A stretch of DNA of 64,000 nucleotides, taken from contig CBDCTZ010000014.1 in NCBI GenBank assembly GCA_965222375.1, positions 992,001 through 1,056,000 on the forward strand. Reading direction: 5' to 3'. The notes under the pieces were generated by a model. The model saw only the letters and a program-made list of their open reading frames with translations, ran no database searches and was not told the origin of the DNA. This stretch comes from Polyangiaceae bacterium. Lineage in GTDB: Bacteria > Myxococcota_A > Polyangia > Polyangiales > Polyangiaceae. This document shows, in pieces, positions 47,849-57,467 of this stretch. The stretch's first letter is position 1. Every line of letters starts with the position of its first letter. Both the position numbers and the translations under genes were made by a program.

Positions 47849-49210
47849 CTACTGCGAGGGATCCGTTCTATCGACCGTCACGTCGCTGAGCGTCGTGCCG
47901 TCTCGAGCCGCTTCGCCGAAGTAGAAGCTGTCCATGTAGACGGCGATCGGACCCTTGGCTGACGACGCCTTGGTGCGCCAGACGGGCTTGTACACACGCA
48001 GACCGAGGGTCAAGCCTGGGTGTTCGCTCGTGGGCGCAATGGGGACCAAACCCACCGGCTTGTTGACGCGCTTTGCCCCGACTTGCTTCCACGCTCTGTT
48101 CAAGTCCTTGTCGAGGTAGTCGCCGATCTGCTTGTAAGATACCAGCCGCCCCGCATTGCCTGGGTATACCTGATCGCGGCCGCCTGGAACCGTGGAAGCA
48201 TTGGTCGAGGTAGTGAACGGATTCAGCAAGATATCGAAGGCGAAGCAGGTCCACCTGCCTTTGTCCGGGTTGATTGGCCCAAGGTTGTATCCGACCTGGA
48301 GCGCGCCTTGGTTGTCTTTGATCGAACTGTCGTCGCGGTGCTCGATCAGCGCCCAGTTGGCGGCACCCGCTTCGGGCGTTTGAATACCGAAAGCCAGGTT
48401 GGTGAACTGCGCCGTCGTGTTGACTTCGAAGAACATCAGTCGGTTGTTCGTCTTTTCCGATTCAAAGTTGCTTGGCAGGTAGACACATAGACCCACGTAG
48501 GTCTGCTTGCCCCAAAGGATATGGTTCTTGAAGCGGCCAGGCGTGAAGGTGCTCCGTGGCTTGTCCAGGCCATCGGCTTGCAGCCCGGTGTAGTTCTGAC
48601 TCAGCTTCAGCTGAGCTTCGAGCATGTAGCTGCCTTCGCGTGGTGTGACGGCGCCGGCAGAGCCGGAGTTCGTCGTGGGTGGGGTCGCGCCGCTCACCAC
48701 GCGAACGTCCAGTCCGGAAGTTGGACCGACATCGCACTTGCCGTCCAAGCATGCGAAGATCTCGTTGCCCTTTTGGTTGGTGGGCAGCGTTCGAAACCGA
48801 TAGCCGTCTACCTGGTCGTCGCGATCATTGATGTAGTTGGGCGGTCCGGTTTCGAATTGCCCATCGAACCATATGCTCCGTGGTCCCGGATTGGGAGTGG
48901 ACCCGCCACTTCCGGATGTTCCGCCCGCTGCACTAGCGCCCGCCCCGGCGGTGCCACCGCCCGCACTAGCGCCCGCCCCGGCGGTGCCACCGCCCGCACT
49001 AGCGCCCGCCCCGGCGGTGCCACCAGCCGCAGTACCGCCGCCACCGGCCACGCCGCCAGATCCCGCGGCGCCCCCGGTCGCTGATGCGCTTCCTGTCCCC
49101 GCGCCGCCACTTGCCGTTGAACTTGCCTCATCTGAGGAAGAGCAACTGGTGACCAGCAGGAAGAAGCAAGGGATCAGTCCCCGAATTCGTCGTGCCACAT
49201 GGCTTTGCAA
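47849..49210 (-). CDS. Polysaccharide-lyase-like (PF14099-type jelly-roll) lipoprotein 1
   Basis: VTSC lipobox, FETG, REGSY, GLCVYLPSNF, GRWTCF, YMDSF; close paralog of 52782-54155. Confidence 0.65.
   Translation of the reverse strand: MQSHVARRIRGLIPCFFLLVTSCSSSDEASSTASGGAGTGSASATGGAAGSGGVAGGGGTAAGGTAGAGASAGGGTAGAGASAGGGTAGAGASAAGGTSGSGGSTPNPGPRSIWFDGQFETGPPNYINDRDDQVDGYRFRTLPTNQKGNEIFACLDGKCDVGPTSGLDVRVVSGATPPTTNSGSAGAVTPREGSYMLEAQLKLSQNYTGLQADGLDKPRSTFTPGRFKNHILWGKQTYVGLCVYLPSNFESEKTNNRLMFFEVNTTAQFTNLAFGIQTPEAGAANWALIEHRDDSSIKDNQGALQVGYNLGPINPDKGRWTCFAFDILLNPFTTSTNASTVPGGRDQVYPGNAGRLVSYKQIGDYLDKDLNRAWKQVGAKRVNKPVGLVPIAPTSEHPGLTLGLRVYKPVWRTKASSAKGPIAVYMDSFYFGEAARDGTTLSDVTVDRTDPSQ
48930..49024. 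repeat. 33-bp perfect tandem repeat, ~2.9 copies, in the Gly/Ala linker
   Basis: Unit GCACTAGCGCCCGCCCCGGCGGTGCCACCGCCC at 48930, 48963 and 48996 (partial). Confidence 0.95.
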
Positions 49211-49500
49211 GTCCCGCTGCGGCAGTCGGGGGTACGCCTGTCAACGGGCATCCGAAACGGCGTCTAAGTGGGCGGCATGGCGGAGGTGCCCATATTTGCG
49301 CGTGAGTGATGCCCGGATTTACGCCGTCGGATAGAGCGCGTGAAATTGGGCCCGGTCGGGTGGGCGCTTGGATGATCTCGATGCCCAGATAGATGAAAGG
49401 CCCGGGGCGCAACCCGAGCCTTTCCAACCGCGATCAGTTGTGGCGCAAGCATCGCTGATAGCGGCGTACGGATCCAGAAAACTGCTGGGCGGAGTCCGCG

Positions 49501-50133
49501 ATCAGCGATTCGTTCCGGCTTTTCAACTGTCAGCGGTGCCACGGCCAGGTGAAGCTTTGCCAACGTTGCGACCGAGGGCAGCTGTATTGCAGCAGTGACT
49601 GCGCTTCAATAAGTCGCAGCCAAAGCGTGCGAGAGGCGGGGGCTCGGTACCAGCGCACGCGCCGTGGAGCGCGGCTTCACGCAGAGCGACAAGCCCGTCA
49701 CCGGGCGCGGCGGCGAGAAAAAGTGACGCATCACCCCTCGTCATTAGACGCCAGCGGGCGCAGCAGTGGACCCGAGAGTGAGGCGGCACGGCACGCCGTC
49801 CTCGAGGCTAACCCCAATGATGCGTCTGACAGCCCAGCTTCAGGTTTCGAAAACGGAGATGCAGCTTCTGGTGACGTCTCCGGAACAAGGGGATGTGCTG
49901 AAAGCGAGGCTGTCGCTGCGACCGTCTCACCCTCGCGCTCTTCTGACATTGCTCGAAGGGCTCGCGCTGTGGAGCGGGGCGAAGCTCTGCGTTGCGATTA
50001 CTGCGGAGCAGAACTGCCCAAGTTGGCTCGACTCGGGGCTGTTTGGCGACGAGCTATGGCCCGGGGAAAGCCAACTCGTGCAGTACGAGGTCGCCGGCCG
50101 CGCCCGCCCAAAGCGCCTACGAGGCGTGGGTGA
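49501..50133 (+). CDS. IS accessory ORF A, putative Zn-binding, Arg-rich
   Basis: CQRC, CQRC, CSSDC and a distal CDYC. The first CxxC lies upstream of the tracked GTG (49549); GGAG sits 6 nt before an ATC at 49501. Confidence 0.65.
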   Translation: MSDSFRLFNCQRCHGQVKLCQRCDRGQLYCSSDCASISRSQSVREAGARYQRTRRGARLHAERQARHRARRREKVTHHPSSLDASGRSSGPESEAARHAVLEANPNDASDSPASGFENGDAASGDVSGTRGCAESEAVAATVSPSRSSDIARRARAVERGEALRCDYCGAELPKLARLGAVWRRAMARGKPTRAVRGRRPRPPKAPTRRG

Positions 50134-50167
50134 CTTTCGTCGCATGCGTGGACGAGGTGCGCGGTGA
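49817..50167 (+). CDS. IS accessory ORF B, hypothetical
   Basis: GAGG RBS + ATG; protein-like sequence (DVLKARL...[15 protein letters not shown]); its stop overlaps the istA start (GTGA). Confidence 0.7.
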   Translation: MMRLTAQLQVSKTEMQLLVTSPEQGDVLKARLSLRPSHPRALLTLLEGLALWSGAKLCVAITAEQNCPSWLDSGLFGDELWPGESQLVQYEVAGRARPKRLRGVGDFRRMRGRGAR

Positions 50168-51675
50168 TCAGCAAGGAGCGCAGAGCCGAAATCCTCCGGC
50201 TGTACCACGCGGAGAAGTGGAAGATCGGGACGATTGCCCAGCAGCTTGGCATCCACCACGGCACGGTGCGGCGTGTCCTGCGAGACGCCGGGGTCGACAC
50301 GGTGTCCCGGAGTCTGCGTCCGTCAATTACCGATCCCTACGTCCCACTGATCATCGAGACGCTGGCGCAGTACCCGAAGCTGCCGGCGATCCGCGTTTAC
50401 GCGATGGCGAAAGAGCGGGGCTACCAGGGCGGCTCAGATCATTTTCGCCGCATCGTCGCTCGACACAGACCGCGACCAACAGCGGAAGCGTACATGCGTT
50501 TGCGCACGCTGCCTGGCGAACAGGGCCAAGTGGATTGGGCGCATTTCGGGACTCTTTCAGTTGGGCGAGCGAGCCGGCAGCTGATGGCATTTGTGATGGT
50601 GCTCAGCTGGTCGCGGATGGTGTTTCTACGCTTCTACCTGAACGCCAACATGTCGAGTTTTCTTCACGGGCATGTGTCTGCGTTTGATTTCTGGGCAGGC
50701 GTTCCACGGGTCCTGCTGTACGACAATCTCAAGAGTGCGGTGCTGGAGCGCAAGGGCGATGCGATCCGTTTTCACCCCACGCTGCTGGAGTTAGCTGGCC
50801 ACTATCGCTACGAGCCACGCCCAGTCGCGGTGGCACGCGGCAATGAGAAGGGCCGCGTCGAGCGCGCGATCCGCTACATCAGATCCAGCTTCTTCGCCGC
50901 ACGCGAGTATCGCGATCTCGACGATCTGAATGAGCAAGCACTCGACTGGTGCCTGGGCACTGCGGCGGAGCGTCGTTGTCCCGAGGATGAGACCCTGAAC
51001 GTCTCGGAGGCCTTCGCCGAAGAGAAGCCGCGTCTGTTGGAGCTACCGAGCAATCCATTTTTGACCGACGAGCGCATCGAGGTTGCCGTGGGCAAGACGC
51101 CCTACGTGCGTTTCGACCTGAACGACTACTCCATTCCGGCAACGCATACACGCAGGAGCCTCACCGTGGTGGCAAGCATGACGACCGTGCGTGTCCTCGA
51201 CGGTGAAGACACCATCGCGGAGCACGCCCGGTGCTGGGATCGCCGTCAGGCGATCGAGGAGCCGGCACACATTGCGGCGCTTGCAGAGTGGAAACGGCAA
51301 GCCCACGCGCATCGCGGCCTTGATCGCTTGCATCACGCGGCGCCATCTTCCCGAAAGCTTTTCAAAGTGCTGGCCGAGCAGGGCAAGAACTTGGGCGGCG
51401 CGACGATTGCGATGCTCAAGCAGCTGGACCGAGTTGGGGCCGCGGAGCTGGAAGCTGCGCTGGCCGAGGTTGTGCAACTCGGCACACCACACCTTGCGGC
51501 TGTGCACCACGTCCTGGAGCGACGCCGCTACGAGCGCGGCACCCCTCCACCCGTGGGGCGACATCTTCCCGACGACGACCGCGTGCAAGGCCCGGTCGTC
51601 ACCCCGCATTCACTCAGCGACTACGACGGTATTGGGAGAGACGATGATGACAACGACGACGAGCGATCAGGCTGA
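50164..51675 (+). CDS. istA: IS21 transposase
   Basis: N-terminal [28 protein letters not shown] (DDE), [11 protein letters not shown]. Confidence 0.97.
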   Translation: MISKERRAEILRLYHAEKWKIGTIAQQLGIHHGTVRRVLRDAGVDTVSRSLRPSITDPYVPLIIETLAQYPKLPAIRVYAMAKERGYQGGSDHFRRIVARHRPRPTAEAYMRLRTLPGEQGQVDWAHFGTLSVGRASRQLMAFVMVLSWSRMVFLRFYLNANMSSFLHGHVSAFDFWAGVPRVLLYDNLKSAVLERKGDAIRFHPTLLELAGHYRYEPRPVAVARGNEKGRVERAIRYIRSSFFAAREYRDLDDLNEQALDWCLGTAAERRCPEDETLNVSEAFAEEKPRLLELPSNPFLTDERIEVAVGKTPYVRFDLNDYSIPATHTRRSLTVVASMTTVRVLDGEDTIAEHARCWDRRQAIEEPAHIAALAEWKRQAHAHRGLDRLHHAAPSSRKLFKVLAEQGKNLGGATIAMLKQLDRVGAAELEAALAEVVQLGTPHLAAVHHVLERRRYERGTPPPVGRHLPDDDRVQGPVVTPHSLSDYDGIGRDDDDNDDERSG

Positions 51676-52411
51676 CAAGGATCTGCGAGAGCGTGCGCAC
51701 CGCCTGGGGTTGCACGGTCTTCTGGCCAACTGGGACGACGTGGTGAGCGCAGATTGGCTTGGTCCGTTGCTCGCCTACGAGGAAGCCGAACGCACCCGGC
51801 GCAGTCTGGAGCGTCGCATCAAAAATGCCCGGCTGGGTCGATTCAAGCCGCTCACCGACTTCGATTGGAAGTGGCCGAAGAAGATCGACAAGAGCTCCGT
51901 CGACGAGCTCTTTCGCCTCAACCTATTCGCCGAAGGCGCCAATGCCGTGTTGCTTGGGCCCAACGGCGTCGGCAAGACGATGTTGCTCAAAAATCTCGCA
52001 CATCACTGCGTGATGCGCGGCTATACGGTGCGTTTCACCACAGCCAGCGCCATGCTCAACGAACTTGCGGGTCAAGACAGCAGCGCCGCCCTCAGCCGTC
52101 GCCTGCGCCAATACACCCACCCGCAGCTCCTGTGCGTCGACGAGGTCGGTTACCTTTCCTACGACAGCCGCTATGCCGATCTGCTCTTCGAGGTCGTCAC
52201 CAGACGCTACGAGGCGCTCAAGCCCGTGGTGCTGACCACGAACAAGCCCTTCAGCGAGTGGCCCGACGTCTTTCCCCACGCCGCCTGCGTCGTCACCTTG
52301 GTCGATCGCCTCATCCACCGCTGCGAAGTCATCCACATCCAGGGCCAGAGTTACCGCGCAAAGGAAGCCAAAGAACGCGCCGCCTCCAAAAAGGCGAACA
52401 AGCCCACTTAG
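51644..52411 (+). CDS. istB: IS21 helper AAA+ ATPase
   Basis: [47 protein letters not shown] before ATG 51644. Confidence 0.97.
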   Translation: MMTTTTSDQADKDLRERAHRLGLHGLLANWDDVVSADWLGPLLAYEEAERTRRSLERRIKNARLGRFKPLTDFDWKWPKKIDKSSVDELFRLNLFAEGANAVLLGPNGVGKTMLLKNLAHHCVMRGYTVRFTTASAMLNELAGQDSSAALSRRLRQYTHPQLLCVDEVGYLSYDSRYADLLFEVVTRRYEALKPVVLTTNKPFSEWPDVFPHAACVVTLVDRLIHRCEVIHIQGQSYRAKEAKERAASKKANKPT

Positions 52412-52567
52412 ACGCGCCCATCTATGCGCCCTTTTTCATGACCGCTAACAACGCCACGCCATTTCGCATGTTCTACAGAAGCAGCAAGCGGCATGCCACG
52501 TCCGGGCGGCTCCATTTCGTGTGGGATGCCTACACAACCCCCTCATCCGTTCGTTCGAGTAGGCGCC

Positions 52568-52588
52568 CTGTAGGGATTTCCCTCTAGG
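52568..52588 (+). promoter_or_regulatory. Shared 21-bp motif, copy 2 (CTGTAGGGATTTCCCTCTAGG)
   Basis: Intergenic, ~195 nt upstream of lyase-like gene 2. Confidence 0.65.
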
Positions 52589-52777
52589 CTCGCCCCATTG
52601 GCCGAGCCCGAGCCCTGCTGCCCGAAACCACCAACGGATGGGATGCGAGACGTCGACGTGGACTGCAGCTCGAGGCGACGAAGTGAACGAAGCACAAAGA
52701 TCTTGCGGTTGGCGCCTGCCTGATACGAGAGGGCATGCGGTGACGACCGCGACGGTATGCGGGTTGCATCGCAGTCG

Positions 52778-52813
52778 AAGGATGCTCACCCGAACAAGGA
52801 TGCTCACCCGAAC
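52778..52813 (+). repeat. 18-bp perfect tandem duplication spanning the start codon
   Basis: AAGGATGCTCACCCGAAC x2, giving MLTRTR-MLTRT. Confidence 0.95.
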
Positions 52814-54155
52814 CCTACGAGGCGCGATCCTGTTGTTGACGACAATCCTGCTGGCAGCGTGCTCGGATTCTCAACCAAGTGTCGGAGCATCTGGCGTTGG
52901 CGGTAGCGCCCCCGGTGGTAACGCCGGATTGGGGGGTAGCTCCGCGCTCGGCGGTACTTCTGGTATAGGCGGCAGCGCCGGCCAGGGCGGAACGACCACC
53001 GGTGGCGGTGCGGGGCAGGGTGGTGCAGCCGCTGGCGCCGCAGGTAGCTCTGGCGCCGGCGGCCAAGCCGGCGGCACGGGTGGCGCTCCTGCGGGCCCCC
53101 GCAAGGTCTACTTCCGAGCTGACTTCGAGACTGGTCAGGTACAGCCCGCTGGAAAGCTCGTCGACGGTTTGGTGCTACGCACTCTTCCTAATCCTCAGGC
53201 TGGCAACAAAGCGGTGCGCTACCCGAAGGGAGGTGGCGGAGTCAATTCCACCGACGACTCCCACGTAGTCCTGTCCGGGCTTGTGCCTCCAAAGAATGGC
53301 AATGGCCCACCGACATCGGATGCGTCGGGAGTCAACGCTCGCCTCGGAAATCACTTCATGAAGCTCTTGCTCGACAAGAGCAAGGACTACACAGATCTCA
53401 ACGGCGCCAAACCCGGGGACCCGCTCCTAGACAAGCCCAGGAATGCGATTGACCCACGACCCCCTGGCGGAAACGTCGGTGGAACGCGGACCGACTACGA
53501 TGTGGAAGTGTACTGGGGGATCTCGCTGTATCTCCCCTCCAACTTCGAGCAGGAAACCAACAAGCGTCGTACTAACTTCGTCGAGATCAAGTCGAAAGGG
53601 GCCTCCCAGAACCATATGTCGTTTGGTGTCGATGGCGAGGCCGGCGGCGGAAAGTGGTACGCGAAGGTGTGGACGGACGATGCATCAGTTTCTCAAGCGG
53701 GTACGACAACCAACGATGTGTTCGACCTCGGCAGTTACGAAGGCGATAAAGGCAAGTGGACGGATTTCGTCTTCTTGGCGCGTTGGAATCCGTTCACCAC
53801 GAAGACGAAGGCCAGCGACGCTGATCCTCAGGGCAGGAACAAGTCCTATCCCGGCAACAAAGGCAAGCTCAGGATCTGGAAGTCCACCGGCGCTGTCGAT
53901 GCAAAAGGCAACCGCAAGTTCGTCGAAATCACGGACGGAAGGCTCCCAATCATCGATGGCCCTGTCGGCCTCGTTCCCCACAAGGACTACGATGTTAGCT
54001 ACGCCTGGCGTATCTACAAGCCGGCCTGGAAGAAGGATACGACCGACGTCACCGGGCCCGTCTTTGCCGGTGTGGATTGTCTGTACATGGGGGAACCCGG
54101 GCGCGACGGGACCACGTTTCGAGATGTGAACCCTGGCCGATTGATGCAGCCGTAG
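52782..54155 (+). CDS. Polysaccharide-lyase-like lipoprotein 2
   Basis: LAAC lipobox, ADFETG, DKPR, GISLYLPSNFE, DKGKWTDF, NPFT, YKPAW. Alternative start at 52800. Confidence 0.65.
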   Translation: MLTRTRMLTRTLRGAILLLTTILLAACSDSQPSVGASGVGGSAPGGNAGLGGSSALGGTSGIGGSAGQGGTTTGGGAGQGGAAAGAAGSSGAGGQAGGTGGAPAGPRKVYFRADFETGQVQPAGKLVDGLVLRTLPNPQAGNKAVRYPKGGGGVNSTDDSHVVLSGLVPPKNGNGPPTSDASGVNARLGNHFMKLLLDKSKDYTDLNGAKPGDPLLDKPRNAIDPRPPGGNVGGTRTDYDVEVYWGISLYLPSNFEQETNKRRTNFVEIKSKGASQNHMSFGVDGEAGGGKWYAKVWTDDASVSQAGTTTNDVFDLGSYEGDKGKWTDFVFLARWNPFTTKTKASDADPQGRNKSYPGNKGKLRIWKSTGAVDAKGNRKFVEITDGRLPIIDGPVGLVPHKDYDVSYAWRIYKPAWKKDTTDVTGPVFAGVDCLYMGEPGRDGTTFRDVNPGRLMQP

Positions 54156-54206
54156 TGGGCGAAGCGAAGTTGTGGACGGGTGGCTGCGTGGTCTGCGTGC
54201 GACCGA

Positions 54207-55541
54207 CTAGGGTCGAGCTACCTTGAATATGCCACCGGTAGGGTTCTTGGAGCCGCCCCACGACGTGAAGTAGACGTATTGTTCATCGACCGCGATCCCA
54301 TGGTGCGCCACGATGGAATCAGTGGTGACCGGAGTAGGTGGAGCTCCCGGCAGCAATGACAGACTTCCGGTCATGACTACGCCCCCGTTGGTGCCATCCC
54401 TGCCCCAGTAGAGTTCATCTCCATACCTCGCCAGGAAGCGAGCTCCAGGTTGGTTCGTGGCCAGGTCCGAGGCCGCGCCTCCCATTGTGGGTACCGCTCG
54501 CAGAAACTCCCCGTCCCGCCAAATGACCTTGTTGCCCGCAACGACGACGCCCCAACCATTGATGTTCGAAGTCCCTTTTCCAGCTGCGAGCATTTCGGTT
54601 GCGCCACCGGACTTGGCAACACGACTCACGGTCCCGTTGCCGTGGTTGGTCCAGTAGGCATGGGTAGCGTCGAGAGTGAGGATGATGGGTGAGTCCAGGG
54701 AACTCGCGAGTACTTCCGACTTGGTTCCGTTCTTTAGGGCCCGCCCAACGCTGCCGTCGTTGGGCGCGCTCGTTCCACGATCCGTCCAGTACACATGGGT
54801 CGCGTCTATTGCCACACCGACCGGGCGCGCAGCAGTGACGAGTTGTTCCGCTGTTCCCGGACTTTGTAGTGACATTCGGTAGACTGCGCCTGCGTCCTCG
54901 TTGGCCCAATAGACGTGGCTCTGATCCAAAGCGAGGTCTCCGGACCCCGCCGGCGCGTGCAGAAGCGTTGGAGGCTGACCCGACTTTGAATGCTCCAAGC
55001 GCTGCAGTCCCGCGCCACCCGCTGCATTGGTCCAATACGCGTGGGTCGCGTTGACAGCGACCGCCCAGCAGTTGAACTGCTTGTCTGCGATGACGATTGG
55101 GGTGCACATGCCGGATTCACACGGACCGTCCAGGCAATCCCGAGTGCATGTGCCGCAATTCTTGGGATCGACTGCGAGCTCCGCCTCGCAGCCATTAGAG
55201 TCATCGGAGTCGCAATTATCGAATCCCCCATTGCAGCTCGCCAACGCACACTGACCGGCTGAACATTTCGCGGTACCCTTCGTGAACGCACACGGATTGC
55301 AGAATTCAGATGCGCAGCCAAATGCAGGATCGTCTTTGGGTACGCACTTGCCACCGCACAACTTTCCACCACCCTCGCATGCACCACCGGATTCGACCAG
55401 CACATCACCTGTCGAGTCTTGGCTGGCGTCTTTTACTGGAACCGTGTTGCGGAGGGGTGGGAAGTCGGTCAGACAGCTTCCGGCGGCAGCGAGAAGGGTG
55501 AGCACGCTTGCTCCCAAGAACAACCGCGAAGTGAGCGACAT
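54207..55541 (-). CDS. Lipoprotein with Cys-rich module and DATHVYW beta-propeller (DUF5050-like), copy A
   Basis: AGSC lipobox, DNCD....NGCE...DPKNCG.C, repeated AVDATHVYWT blades. Confidence 0.85.
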   Translation of the reverse strand: MSLTSRLFLGASVLTLLAAAGSCLTDFPPLRNTVPVKDASQDSTGDVLVESGGACEGGGKLCGGKCVPKDDPAFGCASEFCNPCAFTKGTAKCSAGQCALASCNGGFDNCDSDDSNGCEAELAVDPKNCGTCTRDCLDGPCESGMCTPIVIADKQFNCWAVAVNATHAYWTNAAGGAGLQRLEHSKSGQPPTLLHAPAGSGDLALDQSHVYWANEDAGAVYRMSLQSPGTAEQLVTAARPVGVAIDATHVYWTDRGTSAPNDGSVGRALKNGTKSEVLASSLDSPIILTLDATHAYWTNHGNGTVSRVAKSGGATEMLAAGKGTSNINGWGVVVAGNKVIWRDGEFLRAVPTMGGAASDLATNQPGARFLARYGDELYWGRDGTNGGVVMTGSLSLLPGAPPTPVTTDSIVAHHGIAVDEQYVYFTSWGGSKNPTGGIFKVARP

Positions 55542-55773
55542 ACGTTCATCTTTGCACGTGCTGCGCGCTGTTGCCCATCCCCGTTGGATCTTTCCTTCGG
55601 CGACGGGTGTCTGCCGGCAGTGTTCTGTTGCGCCGACTGGACCCGGTGCTGTGCCGTAAAGCACGTGCTGAAAAAAAGCCAACGGGCGCTCCCTCGACCG
55701 ACGCTCCGGCCCGGTCTGCCCGAGGCCGTTGCACATCCGAGCCCCTCGCTGATGGCGGCACGCGCGGCAGCCG

Positions 55774-57201
55774 CTACTTGGTGCAGTCGCGCCCATCGTG
55801 GGTGATGTCGGAGCAAGCAGCGTTCTCGTTGCCGAACTTGATATTGTCGATCCACACCTCGCGCTGTGGACTGGCTTTGAGCGCGTCCGACGTGTCAGCG
55901 AAATAGAGACCGATCGCGTGCCCAAAGCCCTTGGCGGTGTTGAAACTGATGCCGCGATCAAAGGTGATTCCGCCACGGCTCATGTTGTCGACGGGGCGGA
56001 TGTCCAAGACCTTCACCCACGCGCCGAGGTTTTCGCGTTTGAACAACTCGATGAAGCCGCTTCCACCTGCAGCTACGCCCCGGTGATCTGGTTTCCAGTG
56101 AATCACCCAGTCGGTCCAACCACCGATGTTGATGCTATTGAGTGCAGCTTCGGATGAGGCTCGATTGGGGTAGTCCTGGAGCCCGTCCGGCCAACCATTG
56201 TCTGACGGGTATTTGTTGCCGTTGTCGCTGCCGTAGAACATCTGTTTCTGCCAGCACTCTTCGCCCGGATACTTGATTTCAGCACAGTTCTCGGGGCGTA
56301 CCGAGAACCGGCCGTCGTCCGTGGTGGCGTGATAGACGTTCCAACCGCCGTTTCGTGGCGTGATCCAAAAAGTGGGAATGCCGCCGCCATGGCTAGGCTT
56401 GAACTCGTAGACGATGGGGCCGCCGTCGGGGTCAGGGATGTCCGGATCCCAATCCGAATCGATGTACACGCTGAACGTGGCCCAGCGCTCCGTGCGCAGA
56501 GGCAAGGCGTCGTAGACGGCAGTTCCTATGGGTACTGCCGAGTTCTGGGAACGCCGACGAATACAGGTTGGGAATGGAACGTCGCAGTCCGAGATCGACG
56601 CGTTAGTCGGATCGTTTACGGTGTTGGCGGCGTTGCGCACCGTGAAGTAGAACGAAAAGTCCCCCTCGCGAACGAATCCAGCCGGATAGTCGATGCTCTT
56701 GCCGCTGCTCGTGAACGTGCCGCCCGTGCGGTGTACGATCTTTCCGAGCTCGCCGGAGCCAACATGGCCAGCCAATTGATTCCCGTATTGGATCGGGCGG
56801 CCGTGCTCCGGGTACAGGTTCATGATCACCGAGCTTGACGATGCGCCGTGGTAGTCTTTGTAGTTGCCGCCGGTATCGCCCGAACCGGGGTTCGGGTCGG
56901 CGTCTGGGTGCCAGATGATGTTGGCGAGGTTCGGCCCGCCAGCCTTGCCGGCGCTACCGGCGCTGCCACCCCCGTTGCCGGCTCCCCCTTTCCCGCCACC
57001 GCCGAGACCACCGGTCACGCCGGAATCATGGCTCAGCCCCCCCGTACCTCCGGTCAATCCGCCAGCGGCTCCACTGGGTCCTCCCGCTGCACCCGTCGCC
57101 GGTGCATCTTCGCCGCCGCAAGCTCCCATCATCAAGGCGAGGGAGCCAGCGACCGATGCCCTGCTCAGAACTCTCTTTGTGTACGTCCACTGGCTGTGCA
57201 T
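55774..57201 (-). CDS. Polysaccharide-lyase-like lipoprotein 3
   Basis: MGAC lipobox, VREGDFS, ERWATFSVYI, GGWTDWVIH, WIDNIKFG; paralog of 57468-58832. Confidence 0.7.
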   Translation of the reverse strand: MHSQWTYTKRVLSRASVAGSLALMMGACGGEDAPATGAAGGPSGAAGGLTGGTGGLSHDSGVTGGLGGGGKGGAGNGGGSAGSAGKAGGPNLANIIWHPDADPNPGSGDTGGNYKDYHGASSSSVIMNLYPEHGRPIQYGNQLAGHVGSGELGKIVHRTGGTFTSSGKSIDYPAGFVREGDFSFYFTVRNAANTVNDPTNASISDCDVPFPTCIRRRSQNSAVPIGTAVYDALPLRTERWATFSVYIDSDWDPDIPDPDGGPIVYEFKPSHGGGIPTFWITPRNGGWNVYHATTDDGRFSVRPENCAEIKYPGEECWQKQMFYGSDNGNKYPSDNGWPDGLQDYPNRASSEAALNSINIGGWTDWVIHWKPDHRGVAAGGSGFIELFKRENLGAWVKVLDIRPVDNMSRGGITFDRGISFNTAKGFGHAIGLYFADTSDALKASPQREVWIDNIKFGNENAACSDITHDGRDCTK

Positions 57202-57467
57202 GGTCGTTGTTGCAAAGCATACAACGTGCCAGGGATAGTTCACGACCTTGGGCCAGTTTCGACTTCCGCTGCTCATGCGCGACCATTGGGAGTCACAGCT
57301 GCGCGCTATTCGCCGTTTCGAGAGCAGAGTCGCTTGGCGCTGAAGGCGCAATAGATTGTCGCGAGTCCGTCGCGGCGGCCGCCGTGTGGACGATTGCCTA
57401 CAGGACGCGCCCCCTACCCGGGGACGCTCGGAGGCCCTTGCACGTGCATCGTCCGAGAGGGACTCGG

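Larger units (their letters stand above)
49239..52450 (+). mobile_element. Complete IS21-family insertion sequence with two accessory ORFs
   Basis: TGT...ACA ends; imperfect terminal IRs (25/36 matches); 5-bp TSD ACGCC at 49234-49238 and 52451-52455; istA and istB. Confidence 0.95.

Noticed and set aside
57383..57420. Fourth copy of the 21-bp motif upstream of lyase-like gene 3
   Set aside because: Only the CTGTAGG half matches, so it was not counted.
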